From Deltaproteobacteria bacterium (GTDB lineage: Bacteria > Myxococcota > Kuafuiibacteriia > Kuafuiibacteriales > Kuafuiibacteriaceae): a DNA stretch of 64,000 nt. The stretch is taken from the NCBI GenBank assembly GCA_040218735.1, contig JAVJQW010000070.1:256001-320000 (forward strand). Reading direction: 5' to 3'. Made by a program: the position numbers and the translations under genes. Within the stretch, counting starts at the first letter, position 1; every line of letters begins with the position of its first letter. The notes under the pieces were generated by a model. That model was not told the origin of the DNA. It saw only the letters and a program-made list of their open reading frames with translations, and ran no database searches. This document shows positions 37,398 through 45,175 of this stretch, one piece after another.

Positions 37398-38120
37398 ATG
37401 GAACAAGCGATTCGCGCCGAGCTATTCGATTCGAAGAAGGGTCTCCCGACACCCCCGGTGTTGGTGTTGCTGTCACTCGCGGCCGCGGGGGTGATCGCCG
37501 CGGCGGCGTGGATGGTGTTCTTCTACGCGCCCATCGAGAAGGAGATGGGCTTCGTGCAGAAGATCTTCTACTTCCACGTACCGTCGGCGTGGCTGATGTT
37601 GTGGTCGGCGCCGCTGATGGCGGTGGGGTCGATCGGGTACCTCGTCACGAAGAAGGACAAGTGGGACCGCCTCTCGGACGCGGGGGTGGAGCTCGCGATC
37701 GTCTTCGGTGCGCTGGTGATGATCACCGGCCCGCTGTGGGGCCGAAAGGCGTGGGGCGCGTACTGGGTCTGGGACGTGCGCCTCACGTCGACGCTCGTGT
37801 TGGTGCTGACGTTGGTGGCCTGCAAGATCGTCCGCGGCTACGCGGGCTCTTCGGCGAAGCAGATCGCGGCGGGGCTCTCGATCCTCGCGGTGCTGAACGC
37901 GATCTTCGTCTGGGTCTCGGTGGACCTGTGGCAGGGCTCGCACCCGCCCAAGCTGGTGCAGACGTTGTCGGCGGAGATGAAGTCGACGTTCTGGCTCTCG
38001 GTGCTCGGCTTCCACCTCGCCTACGGCGCGCTGTTGTGGTCGCGCTTGAGGATGGGCAAGCTCCGGACCGCGCTCGACCGGCTGCAGATGAAGGCCGTCG
38101 AAGCGGGTTACGACGATTGA
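37398..38120 (+). CDS. ccmC: Heme delivery protein CcmC
   Basis: IFYFHVPSAW, WWD motif TGPLWGRKAWGAYWVWDVRLT, second His SHP; AAGGA RBS. Confidence 0.95.
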   Translation: MEQAIRAELFDSKKGLPTPPVLVLLSLAAAGVIAAAAWMVFFYAPIEKEMGFVQKIFYFHVPSAWLMLWSAPLMAVGSIGYLVTKKDKWDRLSDAGVELAIVFGALVMITGPLWGRKAWGAYWVWDVRLTSTLVLVLTLVACKIVRGYAGSSAKQIAAGLSILAVLNAIFVWVSVDLWQGSHPPKLVQTLSAEMKSTFWLSVLGFHLAYGALLWSRLRMGKLRTALDRLQMKAVEAGYDD

Positions 38121-38142
38121 GGCTTTGGGAAGGGGATCGGTG

Positions 38143-38463
38143 ATGCGGAGGATCGGGAAGAAGACCGTACTGGCGGCGCTGGCGATGTTCGGCGTGCTCA
38201 CGTTCGCGCCACTCGGGGTCGCGCTCGCGCAGACGTCCACGACGGGCGCCGTGGCCCCGGCCAAGAGCCCCCCGCCCGGCTTCGAGAAGGTCGCAGGCGC
38301 CCCGGACACCGAGAAGATCGACGCGAGCCGCCTGGTGGTCGCCGCGTACATCGCGATCTTCGTGGGCGTGTTCGGGTACGTGGTCTACGTCGCAAGGAGC
38401 CAGGCCGCGATGGCGAAGGAGATGGAGTCGCTCGCGAGCCGCATCGACAAGGGCGCGTCATGA
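38143..38463 (+). CDS. ccmD: CcmD-like small membrane protein with N-terminal extension
   Basis: LVVAAYIAIFVGVFGYVVYV followed by a charged helix; immediately after ccmC. Confidence 0.7.
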   Translation: MRRIGKKTVLAALAMFGVLTFAPLGVALAQTSTTGAVAPAKSPPPGFEKVAGAPDTEKIDASRLVVAAYIAIFVGVFGYVVYVARSQAAMAKEMESLASRIDKGAS

Positions 38464-38609
38464 ACCTCATCCCGCCGATCAACCACGTGATCTTCATCCC
38501 GCTCGTCATCGCGATCGGGTTCTTCATGGGGTGGCGGCTGGGCACGAGCAACGTGCAGAACGCGTGGGATCGCGCGGAGGCGAAGCGGCGGGAGGAGGAG
38601 GAGGGGTGA
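38460..38609 (+). CDS. Small single-TM protein, 49 aa (not in ORF track)
   Basis: MNLIPPINHVIFIPLVIAIGFFMGWRLGTSNVQNAWDRAEAKRREEEEG*; ATGA overlap with ccmD. Confidence 0.75.
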   Translation: MNLIPPINHVIFIPLVIAIGFFMGWRLGTSNVQNAWDRAEAKRREEEEG

Positions 38610-38660
38610 CGCCTCAGAGCCGCCCCCCGACCAGGTAGGCGAGCGACACCGCGTACGGCA

Positions 38661-39284
38661 TCAGGTCGTCGACGCAGCGTCCAGGAACCCCCGCGCGATC
38701 CGACGAATCTTGTGCTGCCAGTTGTAGACGACCTGCACGTTGACCCCCAGGAGCCGCGCAACCTCCGGCGGCGTGCGGCCGTCGGTGAATGCATGTCGGA
38801 ACACGAGTTGGCCGCGGGCGGGGAGCTGCTCGTCGAGGTGGGCCCCGAGTCGCGCGACGAGATCCTGCGTCACGATGCCCTCCTCCGGAGACGAAGCACC
38901 CGCCACGACATCGTCCAGCGCCTCGGGTTCGACCGGACGAAGGTGACCGCCTCGCTTCATCGACATCGCGCGGGCACGCAGTCGGTTGAACTCGCTCTCC
39001 GCCAGCATCCCCGCGAACCCTTCGAGGGTCGCACCGCGCGCGGGATCCCATGCGCGGAGCTTCTTTCCGTCGTCCGCGCTCAAAGCGATCCAAGCGTCAT
39101 TGAGAAGGTCGGCCGCGGTTCGTCCCGCGAACCCATCGGGATGGCGCTTGAAGGCACGACGCGCGCGCGCACGGAGGGTCGGAATCAGGCGACGGACGAG
39201 CGCCTCCGCGGCGTCCTCCTGCCCGGCGAGCGCACGCCGCACCAGCAGGGTGTCGGCGTGGACGACTTCGGCCTCCTTCGTCAC
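38661..39284 (-). CDS. ECF-type RNA polymerase sigma factor
   Basis: Region 2 LVRRALAGQEDAAEALV...AADLLNDAWIAL...WDPARG; region 4 GQLVFRHAFTDGRTPPEVARLLGVNVQVVYNW; GTG 39284 overlaps the S8 stop. Confidence 0.88.
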   Translation of the reverse strand: MTKEAEVVHADTLLVRRALAGQEDAAEALVRRLIPTLRARARRAFKRHPDGFAGRTAADLLNDAWIALSADDGKKLRAWDPARGATLEGFAGMLAESEFNRLRARAMSMKRGGHLRPVEPEALDDVVAGASSPEEGIVTQDLVARLGAHLDEQLPARGQLVFRHAFTDGRTPPEVARLLGVNVQVVYNWQHKIRRIARGFLDAASTT

Positions 39285-41554
39285 TGCAGGTCGATGACCG
39301 AGAAGTCCGTCACCGTCGTCGCCCCGGGCTCCGTGACGTTCACGACCAGACCGAGCGAGACCTTTCGGGGGTCCGAGAAGTCGACGGAGGCGTTGTCGAG
39401 CGGAACCTTGATGTCGAGGTGGTTGCCGAGCACCCAGTCGTCGACGTGCGGATCGTCCGGGAGCGGGATGAACTCCGTCATCGATTGAACCGGCGAAGTG
39501 TTCGTGGGGCCCTTCACGACGAGGTACGGGTTCTCGATGACCGCGTTCGGCTCTCCGTCCGAGGTGAGCTCCAGCATCAACACGAGCGTCTTCGATCCCG
39601 ACATCACCGCGGGACAGTCGGGACAGATCGGCCCCGTCGGCTGCGGTCCGTTGGAGCCGACATTCCGCCGCTCGGCGAGCGCCTCGTACGGGCACACGCC
39701 GCCGCAAGACGTCGCGGACGACCACGTCGCGGTGGCGACCGGCGAAGCGCACACGCTGCGTTGAGCCAGGTACGTCGTCGACCACGCGACCGGGCCGACC
39801 GGCGTAGCGGGCGCTGCGGTCAAGCCACACGCGGCCACGGCGGATGCACACGTCGCCAGCGTGCTCGGCGGAATTGGCTCCCGGCCGACGACGCTCATCG
39901 CGCACTGGATCAACGTCGGGCATGCGGCGAGCGCATGCCCGAGCCGGTCGATCGCCAAGACTCGGACATCGACGCCGTTCTGCGTCGTCCGCCCGAGCGG
40001 CCGCCCCGTGAGGTACAAGAGCCGCGCGATCGACTGGCGATCGAGGGCGTCTCTTCCCGCGGCGAGCTGCGCAGCCTGAACCCGCGCCGCAGCGCCGGCG
40101 ACCAGTGCGGAGCTGACGGAGCTCCCGGTGAACGCACGCGGGAGGCTTTCCAAGTGGCTCGACGTCGGCCCCTGGCCGCACACCGGGTGTACCGGCATCG
40201 CGCCCGCCGCGGCGTGCGAGGCGTACACGTGCTGTCCGGGCGCGACCAACGGCGTCTCGGCGTCGGGGATCTGCATCCCCGTCGGCCGGAGTCGATCGTC
40301 CACGGCGCCCACCGCGAGCACGAGGTTCGCGGTGCTCGGATCACCGCCGCGACACGAAGGCGCTCGGCTCCATTCCCCGGGGTAGAACAGCTCGGGGCCG
40401 GCCGGCGTCGCCTCGCACTCGAGGTCGTGCACGGTTGGGTCCAGCGTGATCGGGAAGGTCTCGGGCGGGGGCGCGAGCGGACGATTTCCGGACGCCGCGC
40501 TGACGAACGTCCGACGGTGCCCGTCGCGATCCATGCGCGCCGCGACGTCGAGGACGTACCGCACCACTTCGCCCGCAGCGTTCTCGTGGCTCGAACACGC
40601 CGTCCCTTCGATCGCCGCCGGACGCCCGAGCTCCGGCGGAAAGCCGAGGCTCAAGTTGAGCACGATCGGTCGAGCGGGGTTGCCGGCGCTCGCTCCGAGG
40701 AGCGCGTCGTCGATCGACACGCCGATCTGCGCCATCGTACCGGTCCCGTCCGGACCGAGCGCTCGATAGTCGACGACGCTCATCGCTCCGCCCGTCTGCT
40801 TTGCGAAGATGGCCATCGCCGTGCCGTGCACGTGGTACGTGCTCGAGGTGTGCTGCGACGTCGCAGCGACGACGCCGATACTCGACGCGACCGACGGGAT
40901 GACCCCCGCATCGATCAACCCCAGATCCACGAACGACTCACCGCCTGGCGGAAGCTCCGTCGTCGCGCCCTCCATACCGAGCTGACTCAGGTGCCACGTG
41001 AGCATCTCGGAGGTGGGGACGGCCTGAGCGCTGGAGACCGACGCATCACACTCACGGCCGACATAGATCTCGCTCGACGCGAGCGCGCTGTAGTCGCCGA
41101 ACGTCGTTCGGAGCGTATGAACCGCTTCACACTGGTACTGCGGACGCACCGACCGGACGACATCGTCGGACACAAAACGAACACGAAGGAATCGTAGGTG
41201 GCCGTCGGCGCGCGACGGCGGCCAAGACCGCTGCGGGAGCACGGACTGCACGTCCACCGTGACCGCGTTCGCCAAACACGCGCGGTCCCAACGCTCACAG
41301 AACCAGCGGTTGTCGGTGCTCGCGATCGTCTGCTCGAGCGCGGCGACGACCGTCGGAACGAACGTCAGGTCCGGCCACACGGCGACCTGCTGCAGGGGCA
41401 CGTCGACGAAGAAAGCATCCGCGCGACACGGACGAGCAACGACGACTTCCCCTTCTCTCACGTTCGACACCCGAGAGGTCTCCTCGGACTCCCCCGCCAG
41501 GCATCCGCTACTCAGTAGAATCAGGCACCATGTCGCCTGCGTTCGCTCGTTCAT
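39281..41554 (-). CDS. S8 (subtilisin-like) serine peptidase lipoprotein, Cys-rich
   Basis: Lipobox SSGC; Asp LIDAGV, His HVHGTAMA, VLNLSLG, oxyanion AASGN, LVAPG, Ser FTGSSVSSALVAG; PQP...CPDC tail. Confidence 0.88.
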   Translation of the reverse strand: MNERTQATWCLILLSSGCLAGESEETSRVSNVREGEVVVARPCRADAFFVDVPLQQVAVWPDLTFVPTVVAALEQTIASTDNRWFCERWDRACLANAVTVDVQSVLPQRSWPPSRADGHLRFLRVRFVSDDVVRSVRPQYQCEAVHTLRTTFGDYSALASSEIYVGRECDASVSSAQAVPTSEMLTWHLSQLGMEGATTELPPGGESFVDLGLIDAGVIPSVASSIGVVAATSQHTSSTYHVHGTAMAIFAKQTGGAMSVVDYRALGPDGTGTMAQIGVSIDDALLGASAGNPARPIVLNLSLGFPPELGRPAAIEGTACSSHENAAGEVVRYVLDVAARMDRDGHRRTFVSAASGNRPLAPPPETFPITLDPTVHDLECEATPAGPELFYPGEWSRAPSCRGGDPSTANLVLAVGAVDDRLRPTGMQIPDAETPLVAPGQHVYASHAAAGAMPVHPVCGQGPTSSHLESLPRAFTGSSVSSALVAGAAARVQAAQLAAGRDALDRQSIARLLYLTGRPLGRTTQNGVDVRVLAIDRLGHALAACPTLIQCAMSVVGREPIPPSTLATCASAVAACGLTAAPATPVGPVAWSTTYLAQRSVCASPVATATWSSATSCGGVCPYEALAERRNVGSNGPQPTGPICPDCPAVMSGSKTLVLMLELTSDGEPNAVIENPYLVVKGPTNTSPVQSMTEFIPLPDDPHVDDWVLGNHLDIKVPLDNASVDFSDPRKVSLGLVVNVTEPGATTVTDFSVIDLQ

Positions 41555-41558
41555 GTCT

Positions 41559-42317
41559 TCATTCCTCCCAGGGGCTCTTGGAGCGGTAGTCGATGGTCCA
41601 CGTCATCCAGCGGTGTGGCCCCAAGGCGCGCTCGACCTCGTCGCGGCTCCCGCTCGGCGTCGGACGTGGCGCCTCGTCGGCCGTCGTCAGAACGAGGTGG
41701 ATGGTGCGTGGGCCGAACGCACGCCCCAGCAGCGCCTCGGCTCGAACCTCGTATCGGATCACGCCCGACGGACCCGTTTCGATCGTCGGCGTCGGTCCCG
41801 CGCGGAGCACACCGGGCGCATCCGATGTCTCCACGAAGACCAGGAGCGCGACGTCTGACGTCGGGGTCTCGGGGCGAAGCAGCCAGCGGAGGTGGCTCGA
41901 CGGCACGAAGAGGGTGTTCGTCGGTTCCTCGCCGCGCACCCGCGCGACGCCGCCGAGCGGCCCTTCGGCGGAGAACGCCGGCAGCTCGCGTTTCGGGAGC
42001 AAGGCGACGACGGTGACGGCCGCCGCGACCAGTGTCGCAGCCACCGCGGTGCGCCGACGACGCCGGCTTCGCGGCTGCGGCAACTTGTCTTGCGCGAGCT
42101 CGACCTCCGCGGCCGTCACGTTCGGATCGTAGTCGGCGAGGAGCTGTCGGCACTCCGAGCAGGCGACCAGATGCCGTTCGATCGACTCACGCTCTTCGCC
42201 GGTGACCTCGCCTCGGCCGTAGGCCGCGAGGCGTCCGTCATCCGCATGATCGTCGGGCGCCGGCCCCTGCGAGACTCTGCGCAAGACGGCGTCGACATCC
42301 GCTTCGTCGTCGTTCAT
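41559..42317 (-). CDS. zf-HC2 (ZAS) membrane anti-sigma factor
   Basis: H...LAAY...IERHLVACSEC; single TM AVAATLVAAAVTVVALL; C-terminal extracytoplasmic beta domain. Confidence 0.9.
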   Translation of the reverse strand: MNDDEADVDAVLRRVSQGPAPDDHADDGRLAAYGRGEVTGEERESIERHLVACSECRQLLADYDPNVTAAEVELAQDKLPQPRSRRRRRTAVAATLVAAAVTVVALLPKRELPAFSAEGPLGGVARVRGEEPTNTLFVPSSHLRWLLRPETPTSDVALLVFVETSDAPGVLRAGPTPTIETGPSGVIRYEVRAEALLGRAFGPRTIHLVLTTADEAPRPTPSGSRDEVERALGPHRWMTWTIDYRSKSPWEE

Positions 42318-44935
42318 CGACCTCCTCCAACCACGAAGAAGGATGCCCAGTCATCGCCGCTCGCCTGGAGTGCCGCGGTTCGCAGCGCCCGCACGGGCAC
42401 GGTGGCGCCTCCGGCGGCGTAGAAGCGCTCGACGAAGGCCCTCGCCGTGCCGTCGACGACGTCCCGCGTCGTCGCGACAACCGCACGGGCTCCGCTCGCG
42501 AGGAAGGCGTCGGCCAGCCCGATTCGAAACGTGCGACCGATGCGCGCAGCGACGCCCGTCGCACAACCGCTGAGCACCACGGTCGTGGCGCGGGGGCGGG
42601 TTGCAAACAGGTCCTCCACCGTGAGCCGCTGCTGCTTCGCGAGGACCAGATGCACACTCCACGGATCCTCGGCGTTCAGAGTGCCGTGCCCCGCGAAGTG
42701 GAAGTGGCGGGTGTCGGCGATCGCGTCGAGGACCCCGTCGCGCGTGGCTGCTTCGTCCGTCAGCAGTACCGCGTCGCCGAGTCGCTCGGCGACCATCGCC
42801 CCCTCGGATCTCGCGCCCGGCAGCGTCGCGGTCGCGTCGGCGACCACGACGGGCGGCGCGTCCGAGGCGACGCGCGGCGACACGAGGAGGCTCGGGTACG
42901 GAATGAACGCCACGGGGAGACGCTCGAGCCAGGCCCGCGCCTCGGCCCGGGTCCCGAGCACCGACCAGGGGTCCGCGGCGCCCATCGTCGCGACGTAGAC
43001 GATCCCGGCCCCGTTCCACCACGGCGCGGTCGGACGTGAATCGAAGACACGCGCCCCCGCCCGCGTGAGCCCGAACCACAGGGGCCTCGCGCCGTCGGTC
43101 CACGGGACGAGGAGCCCATCGTCGGGCCCGAGCGCAGCGACGATACGGTCGAGCTCGGCCGGCGACGGAATCAGTCGTTGCTCGATCGCAGCGAAGGCGT
43201 CGGAGAACGTCGCCTCCAGCGCAGCGCGCTGACGACGTGTCTCGGCGACGAAGCGCTCGCGCTCATCCGCCCCGAGCAGCTCCGCTTCACGTGCACGACG
43301 CTCGAACGTGGCCCGCGCGGCCTGGTACCGGTCGAGGGTTCGGCGCCACTCCAGGCGCGTCGACTCGTCCAGCGCATCGAGCGCGACGCGATCATAGAGC
43401 GACCGAAAGGCGAGCGCGCGGGAGCGGTCGGCGGTGACCAACGCGAGGTCGGACCTCCCCGCGGCGACCAGGGCGTCGACAGCATCGACGAAGAGCTGGC
43501 GACGATCGTCGAGGAAACGAGCCCGATCTCGCGTCAGCTCGGTCTGCCGCGTCACCGACTCGAGGTGCGCCATCGCCGCGGTGTAGTGCCGAGCCACGGC
43601 GTCCCCCTCGAGCACGCGCGCCAGTCCGTAGTGCGCTCGCCACGTGAGGTCCGACGGGGCGCCTCCGGATTCCGCGAGCGCGCGGCGAAGGGCAACACGA
43701 TAGTGTTCGGCGGCGGCCCGCCTCCCCGCGAGGCGGTCCAGGTGCCCACGCATCAGTCGGACGAAGATCTCGACGTGCCCCGGCAATCGACCGGCCGCCA
43801 TCGACGAGAGGAGCGCGCGGCAGGTTTCGTAGTCGCCCGTGAGGTAGCGAACGTAGAGGAGGTTGGTCTGCGCAATCTGGAGCAGATGGCCTTGCTTCGC
43901 GATGCGCGCGAGCTCGAGCGCCGACTCGAGCTCGCGCTCCACCCGAGACCAGTCGCGTTCGAACGCGCCGGCGTTCATCCCACGGGCGAGGACCCAGCTC
44001 CTGTCGACGGCCAACCCGGCACGCTCGAAGTCGGGCATCTCGGCGGCGTCGTCCGCGATCTGTTCGAGCCGGGCCCACGCGTCTTCGTAGCGCCCGACCT
44101 CGAGCAGCGACGCGACCTGCGCCTTCGCGAGCCAGCGCGCTTCGGCCTCGAAGCCCCCCGCCTCGGCGACCACGATGGCCTCGTCCGTCTCGCGTAGCGC
44201 GCGGCGATACTGCCCCAGCTCCGCCCAGACGAGCGCACGGTAGTAGGCGACCATGACCCGACCCTGGTCGTCGTCGACCGAGGCCGTCAGCTCCGCGGAC
44301 TTCGACAACAGCGCGTTCGCCTGCGAGAAGCGCCGTGCCTCGAACTCCTGGAAGGCCGCCGATCGCAGCGCGCGCGCCTGCTCCGTCACGACACCGGTCC
44401 GCTCGGCGGCTTGGGCCCAGGCGTGCGTCGCGCGGAGGCGGCTGGCCGCGTCCCCGAGGAGTCGAAAGGTCGCGCACCTCAACACGTGCGCCTCCAGGAG
44501 CGGCCAGCCACGGAGCTCGGCGATACGTGCTTCGAGCGCCTCGAGCGCGACGTACGGATCGAGTCGCGCGCGGGTGCGGAGATCGTCGAGCACGGTAGCC
44601 CGCGCGGGGACCACGCGAAACCGCCATCGGCGGGCGCCGACCTCGATGAAGCCCTGTTCGACGGCCGGCAACTCGACGTGCGCGATGACACCCGCCGCCC
44701 GCGTCGTCGTGGAGGTGAGCCTCGCGCCCTGCCCCGCTACGGTCACGTCCGGCAGCGGCGCCGTCGCCGTGAAGTAGGGGGGATGCTCCTCGTCGAAGAC
44801 GTAGACGCGCTCCTCGCCCTCGAACGCGATGCCGCGCGCACCACGGAGCGCGATCTCCGCGGGGACGGAAACGCCGACACGCGAGCAGGCAGCGAAGAGG
44901 AGTAACACGGGCCAGAGTCTTACTCGGTCGCGCAC
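42314..44935 (-). CDS. TPR-CHAT (caspase/separase-like) protease, probable lipoprotein
   Basis: Catalytic His FHFAGHG and Cys VVLSGCATG, GLADAFLASGARAVVAT, DWASF; long TPR-like helical region; LLLFAAC lipobox after GTG 44935 (start inferred). Confidence 0.9.
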   Translation of the reverse strand: MRDRVRLWPVLLLFAACSRVGVSVPAEIALRGARGIAFEGEERVYVFDEEHPPYFTATAPLPDVTVAGQGARLTSTTTRAAGVIAHVELPAVEQGFIEVGARRWRFRVVPARATVLDDLRTRARLDPYVALEALEARIAELRGWPLLEAHVLRCATFRLLGDAASRLRATHAWAQAAERTGVVTEQARALRSAAFQEFEARRFSQANALLSKSAELTASVDDDQGRVMVAYYRALVWAELGQYRRALRETDEAIVVAEAGGFEAEARWLAKAQVASLLEVGRYEDAWARLEQIADDAAEMPDFERAGLAVDRSWVLARGMNAGAFERDWSRVERELESALELARIAKQGHLLQIAQTNLLYVRYLTGDYETCRALLSSMAAGRLPGHVEIFVRLMRGHLDRLAGRRAAAEHYRVALRRALAESGGAPSDLTWRAHYGLARVLEGDAVARHYTAAMAHLESVTRQTELTRDRARFLDDRRQLFVDAVDALVAAGRSDLALVTADRSRALAFRSLYDRVALDALDESTRLEWRRTLDRYQAARATFERRAREAELLGADERERFVAETRRQRAALEATFSDAFAAIEQRLIPSPAELDRIVAALGPDDGLLVPWTDGARPLWFGLTRAGARVFDSRPTAPWWNGAGIVYVATMGAADPWSVLGTRAEARAWLERLPVAFIPYPSLLVSPRVASDAPPVVVADATATLPGARSEGAMVAERLGDAVLLTDEAATRDGVLDAIADTRHFHFAGHGTLNAEDPWSVHLVLAKQQRLTVEDLFATRPRATTVVLSGCATGVAARIGRTFRIGLADAFLASGARAVVATTRDVVDGTARAFVERFYAAGGATVPVRALRTAALQASGDDWASFFVVGGGR

Positions 44936-44992
44936 CCGCCCCACCCCCAGCGGGACTACCCGAAGGGGACGCCGGAGGTAAGCGCAACCGTC

Positions 44993-45029
44993 GATGATCG
45001 TCGTCGGTTCAAGGCGCGTTCCTTTTCTT
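44993..45029 (-). promoter_or_regulatory. Putative ECF promoter for the CHAT operon
   Basis: Minus strand AAGAAAAGGAacgcgccttgaaccGACGACgaTCAtC; matches the plus-strand copy at 25/37 nt. Confidence 0.5.
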
Positions 45030-45138
45030 GGCTCCGCTTTTTTTTCGACACGGCCGACGCCGAGCGCTCGTGAGTTGCAACATCTGTATGTCGCCACCCC
45101 TATGTCGAGGGAGACCCCATCGAGCGAAGACGAGGAAG

Positions 45139-45175
45139 AAGAAAAGGACCGAGCGTCGCGGTGACTACCGTCAGC
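45139..45175 (+). promoter_or_regulatory. Putative ECF promoter for the M4 peptidase gene
   Basis: AAGAAAAGGAccgagcgtcgcggtGACTACcgTCAgC directly before ATG 45176; AGAAAA-N17-GACTAC. Confidence 0.55.

Noticed and set aside
38614-38661. 15-codon MPYAVSLAYLVGGRL frame after the sigma stop, as a peptide or gene remnant
   Set aside because: Too short to support; no matching 5' part found at the other end of the block
39285-40181. N-terminal extension of the sigma ORF (apparent 506-aa protein)
   Set aside because: Overlaps the S8 gene in another frame; sigma homology begins at GTG 39284
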